A stretch of 64,000 bases of DNA from Octopus vulgaris. Taxonomy: Eukaryota. Location: the NCBI GenBank assembly GCA_951406725.2, contig OX597815.1:66092001-66156000 (forward strand). Reading direction: 5' to 3'. How positions within the stretch are numbered: the stretch's first letter is position 1; each line of letters starts with the position of its first letter. The notes under the pieces were generated by a model. That model did no database searches. It was not told the origin of the DNA and saw nothing but the letters and a program-made list of their open reading frames with translations. Shown piece after piece: positions 39,709 through 54,036 of this stretch. The translations under genes were made by a program, and so were the position numbers.

Positions 39709-39852
39709 TTTGTGATAAAATGCTGCTCCAGTAAGCACCATAGATATGGAATTGGTCCATTCTGATTCATATTTCCACTTTTGAGTGACATTATCAAGTA
39801 AATGTACTCGAGATGGGAAACCCACCAATCGATCTGAGAATTCTCGCCAAAC
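39709..39852 (-). CDS. EXT2: exostosin-2 exon (144 bp)
   Basis: [17 protein letters not shown]...[24 protein letters not shown]; cag acceptor, GTAAGT donor. Confidence 0.97.
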
Positions 39853-39882
39853 CTGTGAAAGAAAACAATATATGATATAATA

Positions 39883-39922
<40 letters not shown>

Positions 39923-40076
39923 AGAGAGAGAGAGGGGCGGGAGAAAGGGGGGGGAGAGAGAGAGAGAGAGTAAAAGAGCAAAGAAATAGACCCAGGAGAC
40001 TTGACAGTGATTATTATTTAAAACTCAAAGATTCCAAATTAATTTCTGTTTCTGCTGTAAACAAACACTGACTTAC

Positions 40077-40173
40077 CTGATAACCAAATTCTAATTCATC
40101 AGCTGTCAACATTATGATATCATCATCTAATGCCAAAATGCAATCTGTTTTAATTTCACTGTAAGGGAAAAAC
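40077..40173 (-). CDS. EXT2: exostosin-2 exon (97 bp) with the DXD motif; not in the ORF track
   Basis: (R)[32 protein letters not shown]; ttacag acceptor, GTAAGT donor. Confidence 0.95.
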
Positions 40174-41289
40174 CTGTAATAAAGAAAAATAAGAAATGTC
40201 TAATCTATTACAATATCCGCAAAAGAATTGTTTTGAATGAAAAAAGAGGGTGTATACATCAATTACTGCCACCTAAAAATGAATGATTGAGTCCTGGAAG
40301 AGATGAGATTGGAACAAAAGTTGATGATGATAGCCAGCTGAAGAAAACTGCAATATTTTAGCTTCACTTTCAAAGCCAAGAGTCTCTGTGTTACGCAACC
40401 CTTCAGACTATTTGTCAATTTTCATTTAGTGCAACATTGCAGAGATTCTGTTTCCTTCGTTTTTGTTTATTCCACTCTTGGGTGAATTGGTGTTCATGTT
40501 TTGGTAAGCATGAAGTATACTGAAATACATGTCGAAGAATAAAAATCTATGAATTTTTAATGAAATATCAAAACTCTATCTTCTTAGGTATTGCACTGTC
40601 TGTCTACTTTGACTATCAAAATTAAATAAAATTAGTCATCTGGAGAGGAGTGAGGTTAAACAGGTGAATGAGTAACATTAAGAGAGAGTTTCATTTTAGG
40701 TAACTTAAGAAAATAACTGGACATCTAAAGTATTGGTTAGCATATGAATGTAGGGGATACTACTGTTTCAACATTTGATACAAAAGGAAGACTGCATGCC
40801 AGGCAAAAGTGTGTTGTAAACTACAGGTGGAAAAAAAAATTATTATCATTATTTTATGTATGTCTTCCATGTTGGTATAAGTAGGATTATTCAACAGCAT
40901 CTGACAAGCTGCAGGATTGCGTCCAAAGCCAATGTCTGCTTTGACATGATTTCTACAGCTGATTACAATCCATGTTGGCAGGGGTTGGATGGTTTGACAG
41001 GATCCAATAAGCTGGAGGACTGTGTTGAACTCATATCTAGTGGTATTCATGAAAATGACAGATTGAAAGGATTTGGGGAGATAACGAGGTAAGTTAGACA
41101 AGAATATAGAGCTTTAGGCCATACAAAAGAAATAACAGAGAATTAAGATAAAGGGGGAGATGTCATATTAATGGTCTGTACAACTCATAATAGCACTTAC
41201 AAACTGGCTTAAAACCTGTAGATGTGATACTGGTGTGGTAGATGTGATAGTGGAATTGGTGGGTCTAAAAGAAAGGGGCAGTACCTATG

Positions 41290-41740
41290 GATCTGACAGT
41301 GTCCATGAGTACTTGCTGGTCCTGGAAGAAGGAGAAGTCTTTGCAGCCATTTGAGACTGATGCTATTTATTAATGGTCTTCTTGAATTTTTCCAAGTCAA
41401 CACCTGAAGGAAAGATATGAAGAGAATTTCAGAGGGCCAACATTCTGGGAAGGAAGGACTTGGTATAGCCATGAGTGCAAAGCCCAGTGGATGGGAGGGA
41501 GGGAAGACTGAACATAAGGGTGATTAAGGGAGGAGAGATAAAAGCGTCATAAATGCCTAAGTGGAGGTGGCATGAGTGCAATTTCTCCAAGAAGCAGAAG
41601 TTATTAGAGAAGACAGGAAACCTGTGGGCCAAAAGCTTGAGTATGTCCATTAGTGACTTTATGCCAAGCAACTGGATGGCTCTATTTTGGATGTGGTTTA
41701 AGCTACTTGCATGTGCAACAACAGCAGCACTGCCCTAGAT
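41290..41740 (-). mobile_element. highly decayed LINE 3'-end remnant (CR1/Jockey-like)
   Basis: IQNRAIQLLGIKSLMDILKLLAHR resembles a LINE ORF2 C-terminus; frames are broken. Confidence 0.35.
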
Positions 41741-42670
41741 GGTCTACCTCTGTTAGGGTTATAAACTCAAAACAACATCATGAAATGTGTGTGATATGAA
41801 GCTTGCTTCCCGACCACATGCTTCTGGGTACAGTCCCACTGCATGTCTTCTACTTTAGTCTTGGGCCAACCAAAGCCTTGTAATTAGATTTGGTAGATGG
41901 AAACTGAAAGAAGCCCATCGTATATATGTGTGCGTGTATGTATCTATGTGTGTATGTCTTTGTGTCTGTGTTTGCCCCCCCCCCCCCCCCAATCATCATT
42001 TGGCAACAGATTGTAGTGTGTTTACATCCCTGTAACTTAGCAGTTTAGCTAAAGAGACCAACAGAATAAGTACTTGGTTTAAAAATTAAGTTCTGGGGTC
42101 AATTTTTTTTAATAAAACCCTTCAAGGTGGTACTCCAGCATGGCCAGAGTCAAATGACTGAAACAAGTAAAGAATAAAAGAATTCCTTCGTTCGTTGTAT
42201 ATCTATCTTTCCATGCTAACATGAGTTAGACAAAAATATCATTGAGGTACTGTTTTACACATGAATGCCCTTCTTGTAACCTTTAACTGGTTTTCAAGTA
42301 GGAGATTTTAATCTTACATGAAAGTGCAGAGTGGACTGTTAACAGGAAAAGTGACTTTCACAGAGCCCAAATGTAAATACACACACATACTCATATATAG
42401 ATACACACATGCATACACATACATATACACAAGATGGGTTTCATTCAGTTTCCATCCACCAAATTCATTCAGAAGGCTTTGGTCAGTCTAGACTATAGCA
42501 GAAAACACCTACTCAAGAAGCTGTTACTTGTCAAAAATTGTGAACACCTTTAATAAAACAAAATCAACTTGGCTGGATATGAAAAGTGACAAATATTAGA
42601 ACCAAACAGAGACACTATTTAAAGTGTAGTTTAAAACAGAGAGGGTAAAAAATATATATATGTCCCTTAC

Positions 42671-42734
42671 CTGTTTCCTAATTTATTTTCACGTGTCTTC
42701 ACAACTTTTAATGGTTTACCTATTTTGGGCCAAC
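42671..42734 (-). CDS. EXT2: exostosin-2 exon (64 bp); not in the ORF track
   Basis: (S)WPKIGKPLKVVKTRENKLGN(R); tag acceptor, GTAAGG donor; phases 1 and 2 fit the neighbours. Confidence 0.88.
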
Positions 42735-42933
42735 CTACATCAAAATGTAAAATAATTTGCATTAACAGAGAATAACTAAAAACCTTTCAAATTCAAAATA
42801 TAAACAAATATAAACCACAAATGCAACCTATAGACACAGTATTTATTTCTGACTAGTGAAAGTGTTTTCCTCTCATAAACCTTATTCTTCCTGAAACAAC
42901 TCAAGAATTTTAAAATTAAATTATGATACATAC

Positions 42934-43117
42934 TCTGAGGAGGTTCTTTATTTTGGTTATTCCATACAACAAATACTTTTGCCAAACTTGGAACACGAGC
43001 CACTTGCTGAATTACATTAAACAGTGAATCAAGACGATCATAGGTCAAAATGACAGCAGTAAAACCAGGTGACTGAGGTGTAATCATGGGCAGAAACACT
43101 TGGCGTCGAACTCCAAG
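42934..43117 (-). CDS. EXT2: exostosin-2 exon (184 bp)
   Basis: [33 protein letters not shown]...[12 protein letters not shown]; atag acceptor, GTATGT donor. Confidence 0.93.
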
Positions 43118-44231
43118 CTATGATGAAACATAAAGACCAGTCAGTATTTTCAGAAATAAAGTAAGAGTAGTGGAAGTTGGCAACAAAATATAAGAAAGAA
43201 ATACAAATACTTGTAAACACATTGAATATTTAACATTTACAAATCAGCACAATTCAAGCGTATAAGATAAGAAACTAAGCAGCAAAAGGTTTTCCCATAA
43301 GAGGCATCCCTTTTTTTATACGTTTCAACCCGTAACACCTTACACTCTTGAGTAATAGGAAAGCCACACCTAGGTCATGATTCTTGGATGCACCTCTGCA
43401 GCCACATTCTGTGCAACTGTTTTTATTGCAACCAATGCCTTCATGGATGGTTAAGGAGTCCTGAAACCACTTCAGTTTGAGACATCAGTTGACTGTAGAA
43501 AAAATTTAGCCTTCTAGCCAGATCCAACTGGAACTTTTCTCAGCTGCATCTGCCATTGCCTTAAAAACTCTGATCCTCTTTTTCCAAAAGTTGAAAGCCA
43601 TTTCATGTGATCCTGAACATATTTGCTCACAAACCTCTTTGCAACCACCTTTATGGCAAGGAAGCCAAATTCACCATTCTGCTTTTGTATGACATAGTGA
43701 GTTCAAGGAGAATCATTTGTTTTGATGAAAGTGAGTTGAGGACAGGGGAAAGTCAAAACTAAATTGATAAAAATTCAAAGGATACTGTATAAGTTAAACT
43801 AATTTAATACTTTATGGGCCTAATTTGAATGGAAGGAATGTATCTGATCACATTGGTATAAAGGTTAGCACAGTCATCTGGATTATGACAGATACCCGAC
43901 TGAAGTCTCAGGGGTATACATTTATTTCCATTTTGGATCAATGTTTATAAAAGGACCTGATTTTAATTTACTTTAAAGCTTATCTTTTTCTTTTTGTCTT
44001 TTACTTGTTTCAGTCATTAGACTGTAGTAATGCTGGAGCAACGCCTTGAAGAGATTTTAGTCATACAAACCAACCCCAGAACTTCCATTTTTTTAAAGCT
44101 TGGTACTTATTCTCTTTTAACAAATTGCTAAGTTACAGGGATGTAAACAGACCAACACTGGTTGTCAAGTGGTGGGGTGGGGGTGGCGGGAAACACAGGC
44201 ACAAAAACACACACACATAGATATACATGTA

Positions 44232-44268
<37 letters not shown>

Positions 44269-44476
44269 CATCATCATCATCATCATCGTCTAATGTCTGC
44301 TTTCCATGCTAGCATGGGTTGGACGATTTGACTGAGGACTGGTGAACCAGATGGCTGCACCAGGCTCCAATCTGATCTGGCAGAGTTTCTACAGCTGGAT
44401 GCCCTTCCTAATGCCAACCACTCCGAGAGTGTAGTGGGTGCTTTTACGTGCCACTGGCATGAGCGCCAGTCAGGCG

Positions 44477-44519
<43 letters not shown>

Positions 44520-45077
44520 CAGGCTTTTTTTCAGTTTCCACCAACCAAATCCACTCACAAGACTTTGGTTAGCCTGAGACTATACTAGAAGACACTTGCC
44601 CAAGGTGCCAGGCAGTGGGATTGAACCCAGAATCATGTGGTTGGGGAGCAAGCTTCTTATCACACAGCCACACTTGTACATAGAATCAATAAAATAAAAA
44701 TAATTATTTTAAAACTAAGATGAGAAAGTAAAACTTTCAATCATAGTGTTTAGTTGCTTTTTCTAGATCTGACATTGTATTTTGACAGAATTACTAGCTT
44801 AAAAAATAATTTGAAAATAAAATTATGGAAATATAATTACTGCTCATCAATGACATATGTGGCTATTAAAATGTTTCTATTTGACAATCCACTCACTCAC
44901 AAGGCCCAGGACTAGAGTAGAAGATACTTGTCCAAGGTGCTATACAGTGAGACACAACTTGAAACCATGTGGCAGGGAAGCAAATTTTTCAACCACATGG
45001 TCATATCTTTGGAAAAAAAAACTTGATATACATCAATCCAGAATTAAAAGCAAGGAATCATTAATTCAACAACTTAC

Positions 45078-45300
45078 TGAAGGTGGTTCATTCCAATCCT
45101 CATAGGGGCGTGCAGCATAGGGAAACACCCTATCATTTATAATTTGTAAAGTGGTTAAAGTAATATCTTTCAGGGACTTGAAATATCGATCCCAATAAAA
45201 CTGAACTTGTCGCCTCATTTCATAGATTCGTTCCATTGAAAATGCCTTCACAATATTTAGCACTTGGCCAAGTTCATCTTCTCGAATGACCACAGCAGCT
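45078..45300 (-). CDS. EXT2: exostosin-2 exon (223 bp)
   Basis: (R)AAVVIREDE...MRRQVQFYWDRYF...TLQIINDRVFPYAARPYEDWNEPPS; atag acceptor, GTAAGT donor. Confidence 0.95.
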
Positions 45301-47142
45301 CTATAAAATTAAAAGAAAAAAAAATGGAAATGAAAAAGAATTCAAATAATTTTCTGAATGTACATATAATCAACATCATCACCACCACCACTGCTTTTAT
45401 GCTCCAATTTCTTGCTGGTGTAGGCTACACAAGTTATCATGAGTCATTTTCTATTAGTAAATACTGCTCTCATAGATTGGCGCTTATACGCATCATTTGG
45501 CTTGGTTTCTACAGCCAAATGCCCTTCCTATAACCAGCCATTTTACAGAGTATACTGGATGCATTTTCTCATCGTACCAGCCACCGCATAGGTTAATAAG
45601 TCTTTGGCAAGACTGGACTAAAGGTACCTAACAACTCTAATGCTTTCTCCACTTGTTTGTCATCCACAGATTATTAAACACATTTTAAATACATTTTATT
45701 AGTATTTCTTATTTCTTTACTGCCCAGAAGGGGCTAAACATAGTGGGGGCAAACAAGGACACACGAAGCGATTACATTGACCCCAGTGCGTAACTGGGAC
45801 TTAATTTATTGACCCCGAAAGGGTGAAAGGCAAAGTCGACCTTGACAGAATTTGAACTCAGAACATAACAGGAGACAAAATACCGCTAAGCATTTCGCCC
45901 AGCATGCTAATGTTTCTGCCAGCTCACTGCCTTTATTAGTATTTCTACGCATGCATGCATGTGTGTCTACTTATAAATAAATTCCATTCATATTTACCTA
46001 GTATGTGAGTAAATGCTGGAATTGCCTACATTAAATGGGTCATAACTCATATTGAGTTCAGAAAAATGTCTGCATTAATCTTTTAATTCTAACTTTTTTT
46101 TTTTTTTACTACAGGCAAACACATGTGACTAAGAGAACTTCTTACAATTTGTTAATATAATTAGTATCATTTTTATTTACATTGATATTAGATATTAATA
46201 TTTGGTGCTATGAAAAAAGAATTAAGTACACTCTGTAAATTGGTTGGCATTAGGAAGGGAGTCCAAACATAGAGGTCATGTCAAAGCAGACACAGGAGCA
46301 TGATGCAATTCTCCAACTCATCAGATCCCATCAAACAGTCCAACCCAGGCCAACATAGAAGACAGATATTAAATGATAATTATAAGCACTAATTTGACAC
46401 TGAAAAGAGAAACAGCCCCATTGAGGGATTCAGCCCATATATTTATTGTTTGTCAAGTGACTGTACAGTCAACTACAAGACAGAGCCCTTGTCAACCTTC
46501 TGTTACTTTCTATGCTGTACGTTAAGCAAGTGTCTTCTATTACTGCTTTGGGCAGATGACATATAGCTTGTGAGTGAAAATGGCAAACTGAAACTGCATG
46601 AAAGCCCATCATAAATACATGTACATATCATCTTCATCATTTATCTTTATCATCATTTAACATGTCTTCATGCTAACATGGATTGGATGGTTTGACAAGA
46701 CCCAATGAGCTACAGGACTGTATCAAGCTCCAATGTTTATTTTATCATGATTGATTGATTGATGGATGCATGCATACATATATGTGTGTGCATAAAAGAT
46801 GTCATTTTAGCTTCTGGCATGAAGCTGAGTGAAAAAAAGCAATACTGCCTTAAATATGTACCCATTTAACTTATGCCAGTATAGAAACAGTGGATATCAA
46901 ATGAATGGATGAACTTAGAATCATGGCTTGGAGTCTGTTAGTGAAGCTGTTTTTCTTTTCAGTTTTTATAATTCTTACAATGTCTAATATCATTTTACAT
47001 GGAAAATATTTTCAGCTTTCTTTTCATAAATTAATTATCATTCCAATTAGTATATTTGTATATAAAAAAAAGAACAGAAAAGTGCAGTGAATAAATAGAT
47101 GATTGATAACAATAATTATGAAAAAATACAATAATTAAATAC

Positions 47143-47282
47143 CTTTTCCAGTCAAGAACTTCAGAAAACGGTAATACATAACCATCAGCAACAGTAACAG
47201 GGATGCAACCAGCTTTTAAGGCATCACTGAATGCTGACTGGCCCAAACGAGCCCGACGAATAACCAGACAGAATGTAGCATT
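47143..47282 (-). CDS. EXT2: exostosin-2 exon (140 bp, GT47 domain)
   Basis: [46 protein letters not shown](R); ttttcag acceptor, GTATTT donor. Confidence 0.96.
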
Positions 47283-47335
47283 CTGAAAAGTGAAACAGTT
47301 AATAAACATTATTATTGTTGTTACTATTATTATTA

Positions 47336-48420
47336 TTGAGTGAGGAAGTAACGCATGCCATCAAAGTGATGGGTATATTAGGCTTCATACATTTGTACGA
47401 AGCCCAATATACCCATCATGACTATCCACCTGGTAAGGGTACACAACCACATGTGCACAACATGGTGATCTCATATCAAGTTAAACAGTACATGACCTTG
47501 CAGGTGAGGCCCAGTTAGAATTTTCTTCAGTCCAAGTAGCCCATACCACTCAAAAGGTCCCTGAATAAGGCTTATTTTAAGGACAATGAACAAAACACCC
47601 ATATTTCCAGAAGTGAATTATTCAAACCCAAAAGAATTCCCTTCAACACATGGCTATGATGCTCCCCCAATACTTCTACTTGTGATCAGAGATGCACATA
47701 TTACCAGCCACTAAGGTATATGCTCAACTGGTTATGGTCAAACAACTGACAAGCAAATCTGTGGTATTGAGTAGAATATTTGCTGTAGCCCATCTTTTAT
47801 ACCAATTCAAAACAATGTACCTGATAACACTTCACTTGAGTTCAAAAAGCCACTATCTAGTACTGCATCAGGGCATTTATTATTATTATTATTGAGTGAG
47901 AGAGCAGTTCATGCCATCAAAGTGACACTGGGGTAAAATATACAAAGTCCAATATACCCATCATGACTACCCGTCTGATAAGGGTACACCAGGCACATGC
48001 ATCACAACCAAATGTGCGCGACATAGTGATCTCATATCAAGATAAACAGCACATGACCTTGCAGGTGGGACCCAGTTAGAATTTTCTTCAGGTTGAGTAG
48101 CCCATCCCACTCAAACAGTCCCTGAATAAGGGTTGTTTAAGGATGGTGAATTATTCAAACCCCAAAGAATCCCTCTTAACACATGGCTATGATGCTCCCC
48201 CACTACTTCTGCTCGTGATCAGAGATGCACATATCATCAGCCACTAAGGGACATGCTCAACTGGTTAAGGTCAAACAACTGACAAGCAAATCTGTGGTAT
48301 TGAGCAGAATATTTGCTGTAGCCCATCTTTTATACCAAGACAAAACAATGTACATGATAACACTTCCAATCAGTTAAGATCAGAAGCCATGAGAGCCACT
48401 GCCTGGTACTGCATCAGGAC

Positions 48421-48422
<2 letters not shown>
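47336..48422. mobile_element. two tandem copies of the about 530-bp (ATT)n-associated element in an EXT2 intron
   Basis: 47336-47878 and 47893-48422, separated and flanked by (ATT)n. Confidence 0.85.
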
Positions 48423-48451
<29 letters not shown>

Positions 48452-49377
48452 GGTGGTGGTGGGGTGGCAAGTTGGCAGAAGCATTTGCTTAGTGGAATTT
48501 CATCCCACTTTGTCCTCAGTTCAAATTCTGTCAAGGTCAACTTTGCCTTTCATCCCTTTGAGGTCAGAGCATTGGAATCAAAGTAATCAACTAGTACCTT
48601 CCCCTTCAAAATTTCAAGCCTTGTGTCTATAATAAAAAGAATTGTTGTTATTGTTATAATTGAAGCAAAATACAATGAAAAACAACCACAAAAATACAAA
48701 TAGTGACTTCTTTCCTAACCACAAGGCAGAGAGAACAGAAATAATCAAAAAAGAATCAATAAAAGATCTTTACAAAAGCTTTCTTTTATTTGTTTTATCT
48801 TTTAGTCAGGCAGGAAGGTAGTACCCATGAACCTTTACAGGGCTTCTGAGACTGGGGAGTCAGAGGGAGGAAGGTATCCTCAAACTGAAGATCTGGTCCA
48901 AATGTTTGCAACAGAGTGAAGTCCACCACAATGCTAGATGGTGTTGTTAAATTGGTTGATAGATTAAGTCTACTACCCAGGTAGGTCATAGCAGTATTTA
49001 AACTTAGAACACAAAGAGCTAAAACAAATATCATAAGGAACTTGTCCAATATTCTGAAGACTACTAGTTCACTACCCTAAACTGGTACTTTATTTACTGA
49101 TCTTGGAGGGATTAAAATCAAAATTGACTTTGGCAGGATTTGAACCTGAATGCAAGATACCAGAATACATACTGTAATGCATTTTGTCCTATGCTCTAAT
49201 AACTCTGCCAACTTGTAACCTTTAAGAATATTGATAACACTACAATGAAAAGGTGAGTAAGCTATGGTAGAATATATAAATGATAATTTTATAGACATAT
49301 ACACATATATATGAACACTGCATATTTTTTTCTCTCTCTGTTTTTTTCATTCTCTTTCCATTTTTTTCCTTGTTATC

Positions 49378-49410
49378 CTTTCTGTTGAGCGTAGGCTTGA
49401 AACGTAAAAG
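49378..49410 (+). ncRNA. degenerate hammerhead-like motif
   Basis: CTTT-CTGTTGA-GC-gtag-GC(TT)-GAAA-CG-TA-AAAG; stem I closes the motif but A6 is U. Confidence 0.3.
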
Positions 49411-52037
49411 ACCTCCCCCCCCCCCCCAGTGTTAAACTAATACACCTGCTTGTTGTTCCTACACCTGTCTTTTTCTTTTGTTTTCTGTAAATTTGAACTA
49501 TATATATGTATATATTTCATTGACAATATAATTACATTTGAGATTTATTTTCCTTTTTAATAAAAACACTGCTCCAGCATGACCACCAAAATTCTTGATA
49601 AATACTTAACTGCACATATGCTAATAATACCAGTTTAATACATTCCCAGTGTGTGGGAGGGGGTGCACATGTGTGTGTGTGTGGGTGGGTGCACATGTGT
49701 GTCTGTATGTTCAGACATAGCTTCACATCTGGTATTTTTAAATCTATAGAAACCAGAACTAAAACAATGCCGTAGTTAACAAGTATTCTCAGGTTTCCAA
49801 CATAATTTGGTCCTGTAAATTCAGGTGTAGTCCAAGAATTGGTGCAAAATGTGGCTGACACCTTGATATATGTAATTAGAGAGATTAAACCATTAATTAT
49901 TCTTCAGCAGGGTTGGCCGAATCAAGGAATCAAGAAGAACAATGTCCTTTGTCTAATGTCACACTGTAATGGCAATGACATGACTAATGTCACACTGTAA
50001 TGGCAATGACATGACTTGAACTTTTGACCAATTAGGTAGTAATTAACTAAAAAGTGGAAAAAAATAATCATTTTCCTTATTAAATCTTTCGCATATTTAA
50101 ATCAACCATATCCAACCAAAATATTCAACTTGTTTTATATCAAACCAACCAGATCTGGCCTCTCACATCTCTCCTACAATGTCATTCTAAAAATATTCAA
50201 TCATATCATTGAAATCGCAAAGCTAAGAGCTAATACATGATCAAAAACAATGTGAATAAATAAGAACTGCACTTGACAGAGTAATCTGAATGCCAAAGGG
50301 TTAAATCCTGAGCAGAAATGAACAGAGGAGCCATCAAGAACAATGTAGATGTCACAGAGAAAGCATTTGAATGGTTGTAGCCAAGAAATCTGAAGGTGTG
50401 TGGCCTAATGGTTAGGGTGTTGCACTTACAATCATAAGATCATAATTTTTGATTCCTGGACTGGGCGGTGTATTGTGTTCTTGTGCAAAACACTTCATTT
50501 CCTATTGTTCCACTGCATTCAGCTGTAAATGAGTTCAAATAATAGCTGAAAAGTTAACCTTTGACAGACCAGCATTCTGTTCAGGAGGAAGTGATGTAAT
50601 CTAGACAAATTGGGTTAAGCTCCAACCTTATACACCTTAGGTCTCATGACAGACTTTAGAAAATATAACAAATATTTGTGACCAGTGAGATCAGTAGAGT
50701 GCCACTTGGATACAGGTGTAGATTTGATTAAAATAGGTTGGATCACCTAAATGAAATTACATGCTGTAATACATGAAACACCCAAAAACATCATGTTATA
50801 ACACTTGCGATGTATCCAGGTATTACATTTTCAGAAGTATGTACAACTAAAATGCCAATTAATTACCAGCAAATATGCAACAGAGTGGGAAGAATCAACA
50901 TAAAATACATATAAATGTGGTCTGTAAGGCCAAAACAAAGTAAATATAAGGGTAGTTAGTTGGGAGGAAAACATAAAAAGAGTTAAGAGAAGAAAAAGAT
51001 GTTGTAGTAATTAATAGAGAAAAGCAAAACATAAAAATTTCACAGTTGTAGTTGTTTAGCAAATGATTTGATCTGAGACTGTGTTGAAACTGAAGCAGCT
51101 ACATTGTAGAAGAATCTATTCTAGCTGTTTAATAATACATCATCATCATTATCATTTAACATCGATGTTCCATGTTGGCATAGAGTGGACAGTTCAACAG
51201 GATCAGATGGGTCCAAGGAATGCATTGTGCTCCAGTGTCGAGTTTGGCATGGTTTCTATGGCTGAATGCCCTACCTAAAACAAAGCTATTAAATTCTCTT
51301 TAAATTTATTTTTATTCCATGAGGTGTCAATTTTTTTATTGCACAACTGTGTCAGTAACCAGGCTGCAGTTGTATGGCAAAAATGTCAAAACTTCATGAA
51401 ATAAATATGAATATATATTTAAAGAGAATTTAGGAGGTTTGATTCTCATCACACTGACACTGTTGTGTTCCTGTTTTAGTGCATTAGCAAGGATACTGAA
51501 GATTTTGTTCAACCTATATAAACTGACAAGGTTTGGTCTGCCATTCAGCTGTCCAGCTATTATCAGAAAATCCACTAAGTGGTTATGACAAATAAAAAGG
51601 AGTCACAAACAACAAGATGGCAAAATGAATAGATTTACTGAATCATGATAGCTAAGGCCAAGTAGAGAACTATATGGAATTTAAAAAAAAAACACTGAAC
51701 TGATGTTATATTTGGGAAGTGATAAAGTCTACAGACACACTTAACAGAGTATATTTCATTTCTCTTACTTTTTCAAAACATTTGCAGTGAAAAATATTTT
51801 TGAGGACATAAACAAACATCAACTACTTTGAAATACAGAAGTGAAATATAGACAAGCAACAATTGGAGAGGGTGCATATAGGCTTTATTACTTATGACCC
51901 TTTCCAATATTACAAATATTGGTTTCAACAGTTCAGATCACAATTCTTGCAAAATAATTCAAAACTTAATTAATAAACAACAACAGAAAAACAAAACAAA
52001 ATAAAATAAAATAAGAATTTAGATGATGAATAATAAC

Positions 52038-52230
52038 CTGTAAAACTTCAGGATATTTGTAGACAACAGATTCCCGGCATCTCTGAGAGAAATTAGAAGG
52101 TTTCTCATCACTCTGACATCGATCGAGCAACAAAAGACGTCCATCTCCGCGCGCTAGGTGATTCAGTTCTTCTCTATATTCACGGTGCAAACCTGCCTGA
52201 GCTGATATCAATAGCCATCTTCTTGTTTCA
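52038..52230 (-). CDS. EXT2: exostosin-2 exon (193 bp), most 5' exon found in the window
   Basis: ETRRWLLISAQAGLHREYREELNHL...LLLLDRC...RCRESVVYKYPEVLQ; ttgtag acceptor, GTTATT donor. Confidence 0.92.
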
Positions 52231-52672
52231 CTACAAGAGAAACACATGAAGAGTAATGTCTCTGCCTGGTATAGCATTTGAGTTGCAAGTGTACATAAAT
52301 GCATACTGGCACACACATGCACACATATACACAAACATACATGTATATAGGTAAGGATATTTATTTATTTTGTGTATTAACCCATTAACATTTAAACCAG
52401 CCAAAATATTCTACTTGTTTTATGTTCAAACCAGCCAGATTCAGCCTCTCACACCTACCCTACAACATCATTCTAAAAATTAACAATCATACCATCAAAA
52501 TCGTGAAGCTACAAGATACTGCATGATTAATTCAAAGCAATGTGAATAAATAACATTTGACAGAGTAATCTAAATGCTAAAACCAATTGGCCAACTACTG
52601 ATATACAGAAGTATCCATCAATGGGTTGTATCAGCTCATCTCTCTTCAAGGATCTGAGAATGGGATTTATTA

Positions 52673-53922
52673 TCAGGTCATTAAGAATGAAATGTCCAGT
52701 TTTGAACTGAAAGTTTATTTTACTTTATCTCAACAAAAAGCAATGCAGTTAATCAAAGTATGCACCTAAATTATCAACACAATTTTGCCATTTTATCAGT
52801 AGTTTATTTATGCTGGCAGCGAAAAATTCTGGAGAGCAAGAGGTCATGAAATCACAAAAGGCTGTTTTTGCATCTTCGTCAGATTTGAAGATTTTTCCTT
52901 GCAAAAAGTTGTTTAATACCTGAATAACATGATATTAGTTGGTGCAAGGACCAGTGAATATGGTGGATTACTGAGTACTTCCAAGTTCAGTTCCTGTAAC
53001 TTGAATAGCATTCTTTGTGCAACATGTGGTCAAGCATTGTCTTACAAGAGAATTGTCCTGTCTCTATTGACCAATCTTGGTTGTTTAATTGCAAGTTCAC
53101 TCATCATATCAACCAATTGGTTGATATATACATCCACTGTAATTGACTTGTCGGGTCTCATGAAGCTGTAGTGGATGACATCAGCATTGGACCACCAAAC
53201 AGTCACCGTTAGCTTTTTTTGATGAATATTATTTTGGACTGTGTTTTGGCACTTCATCCAACCACTGTACAGAACACTTCCTATGGTTGAAAAGAATCCA
53301 TTTTTCATCACATGTAACAATACAATGCAAAAGTGGTTTGCTTTTATGTCATGACAGCAAAGAACAGCAAATTTCAAGATGATGTGTCATTTGATGCCTT
53401 TTCGGTTCATGTGGTACCCACTTGTCCAGCTTCTTTACCATGTTGATTTGTTTCTGAAAGTCCAATACAGTTGGGATCAAAACATAAAACCTTGCTGCTG
53501 ACTCATGCGTAGTTTGAGATGTATCTGCTTCTACTACAGTTTCCAGCTCATCCTGATCCACCTTGTTCTCAGGTCAACCACGGGGCTGATTTTCAAGAGT
53601 AAAGTCACCAGACCAGAACTTCTCAAACCATCAACATACAGTGCACTCATTCACCACATCTTCACCAAACACCTCATTGATGTTTCAAGCTGAAACTCAT
53701 ATTCATAAGCAACACAAATTTTTTATCTATCCATAGGTACACAAAACTGATTTACAAGAGAAAACTCACAATATAATGAGACACCATGAACTGCATTTCA
53801 AAAAGTGATGATGTAACTCTACAATGTTGTAAAACAAAGAATTGTCAGGAAAAAACATTAGAGTTAATGAATGTCAAACTTTGTGCATAAGAAAATCGAA
53901 CATTTCATTCTTAATGACCTGA
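52673..53922 (-). mobile_element. complete, decayed mariner transposon (1250 bp)
   Basis: 22-bp perfect TIRs TCAGGTCATTAAGAATGAAATG and CATTTCATTCTTAATGACCTGA with TA on both sides; transposase pieces KKLDKWVPHE, KLTVTVWWS, DNA.PH, PPYS..LAP. Confidence 0.92.
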
Positions 53923-54036
53923 TACATTTATGCATTTTCTATAGACACTGGAACAGAAACGGTATGTGTGCATGTGTATGTGCAGGCATGTATGTATGTG
54001 TGTGTGTGTGTGTGTGTGTGTATGATTGTGTGTTAT

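Noticed and set aside
43300-43720. Possible Tc1/mariner remnant
   Set aside because: Too decayed to define TIRs or catalytic motifs
49954-50016. 31-bp perfect tandem duplication
   Set aside because: Ordinary local slippage with no further structure
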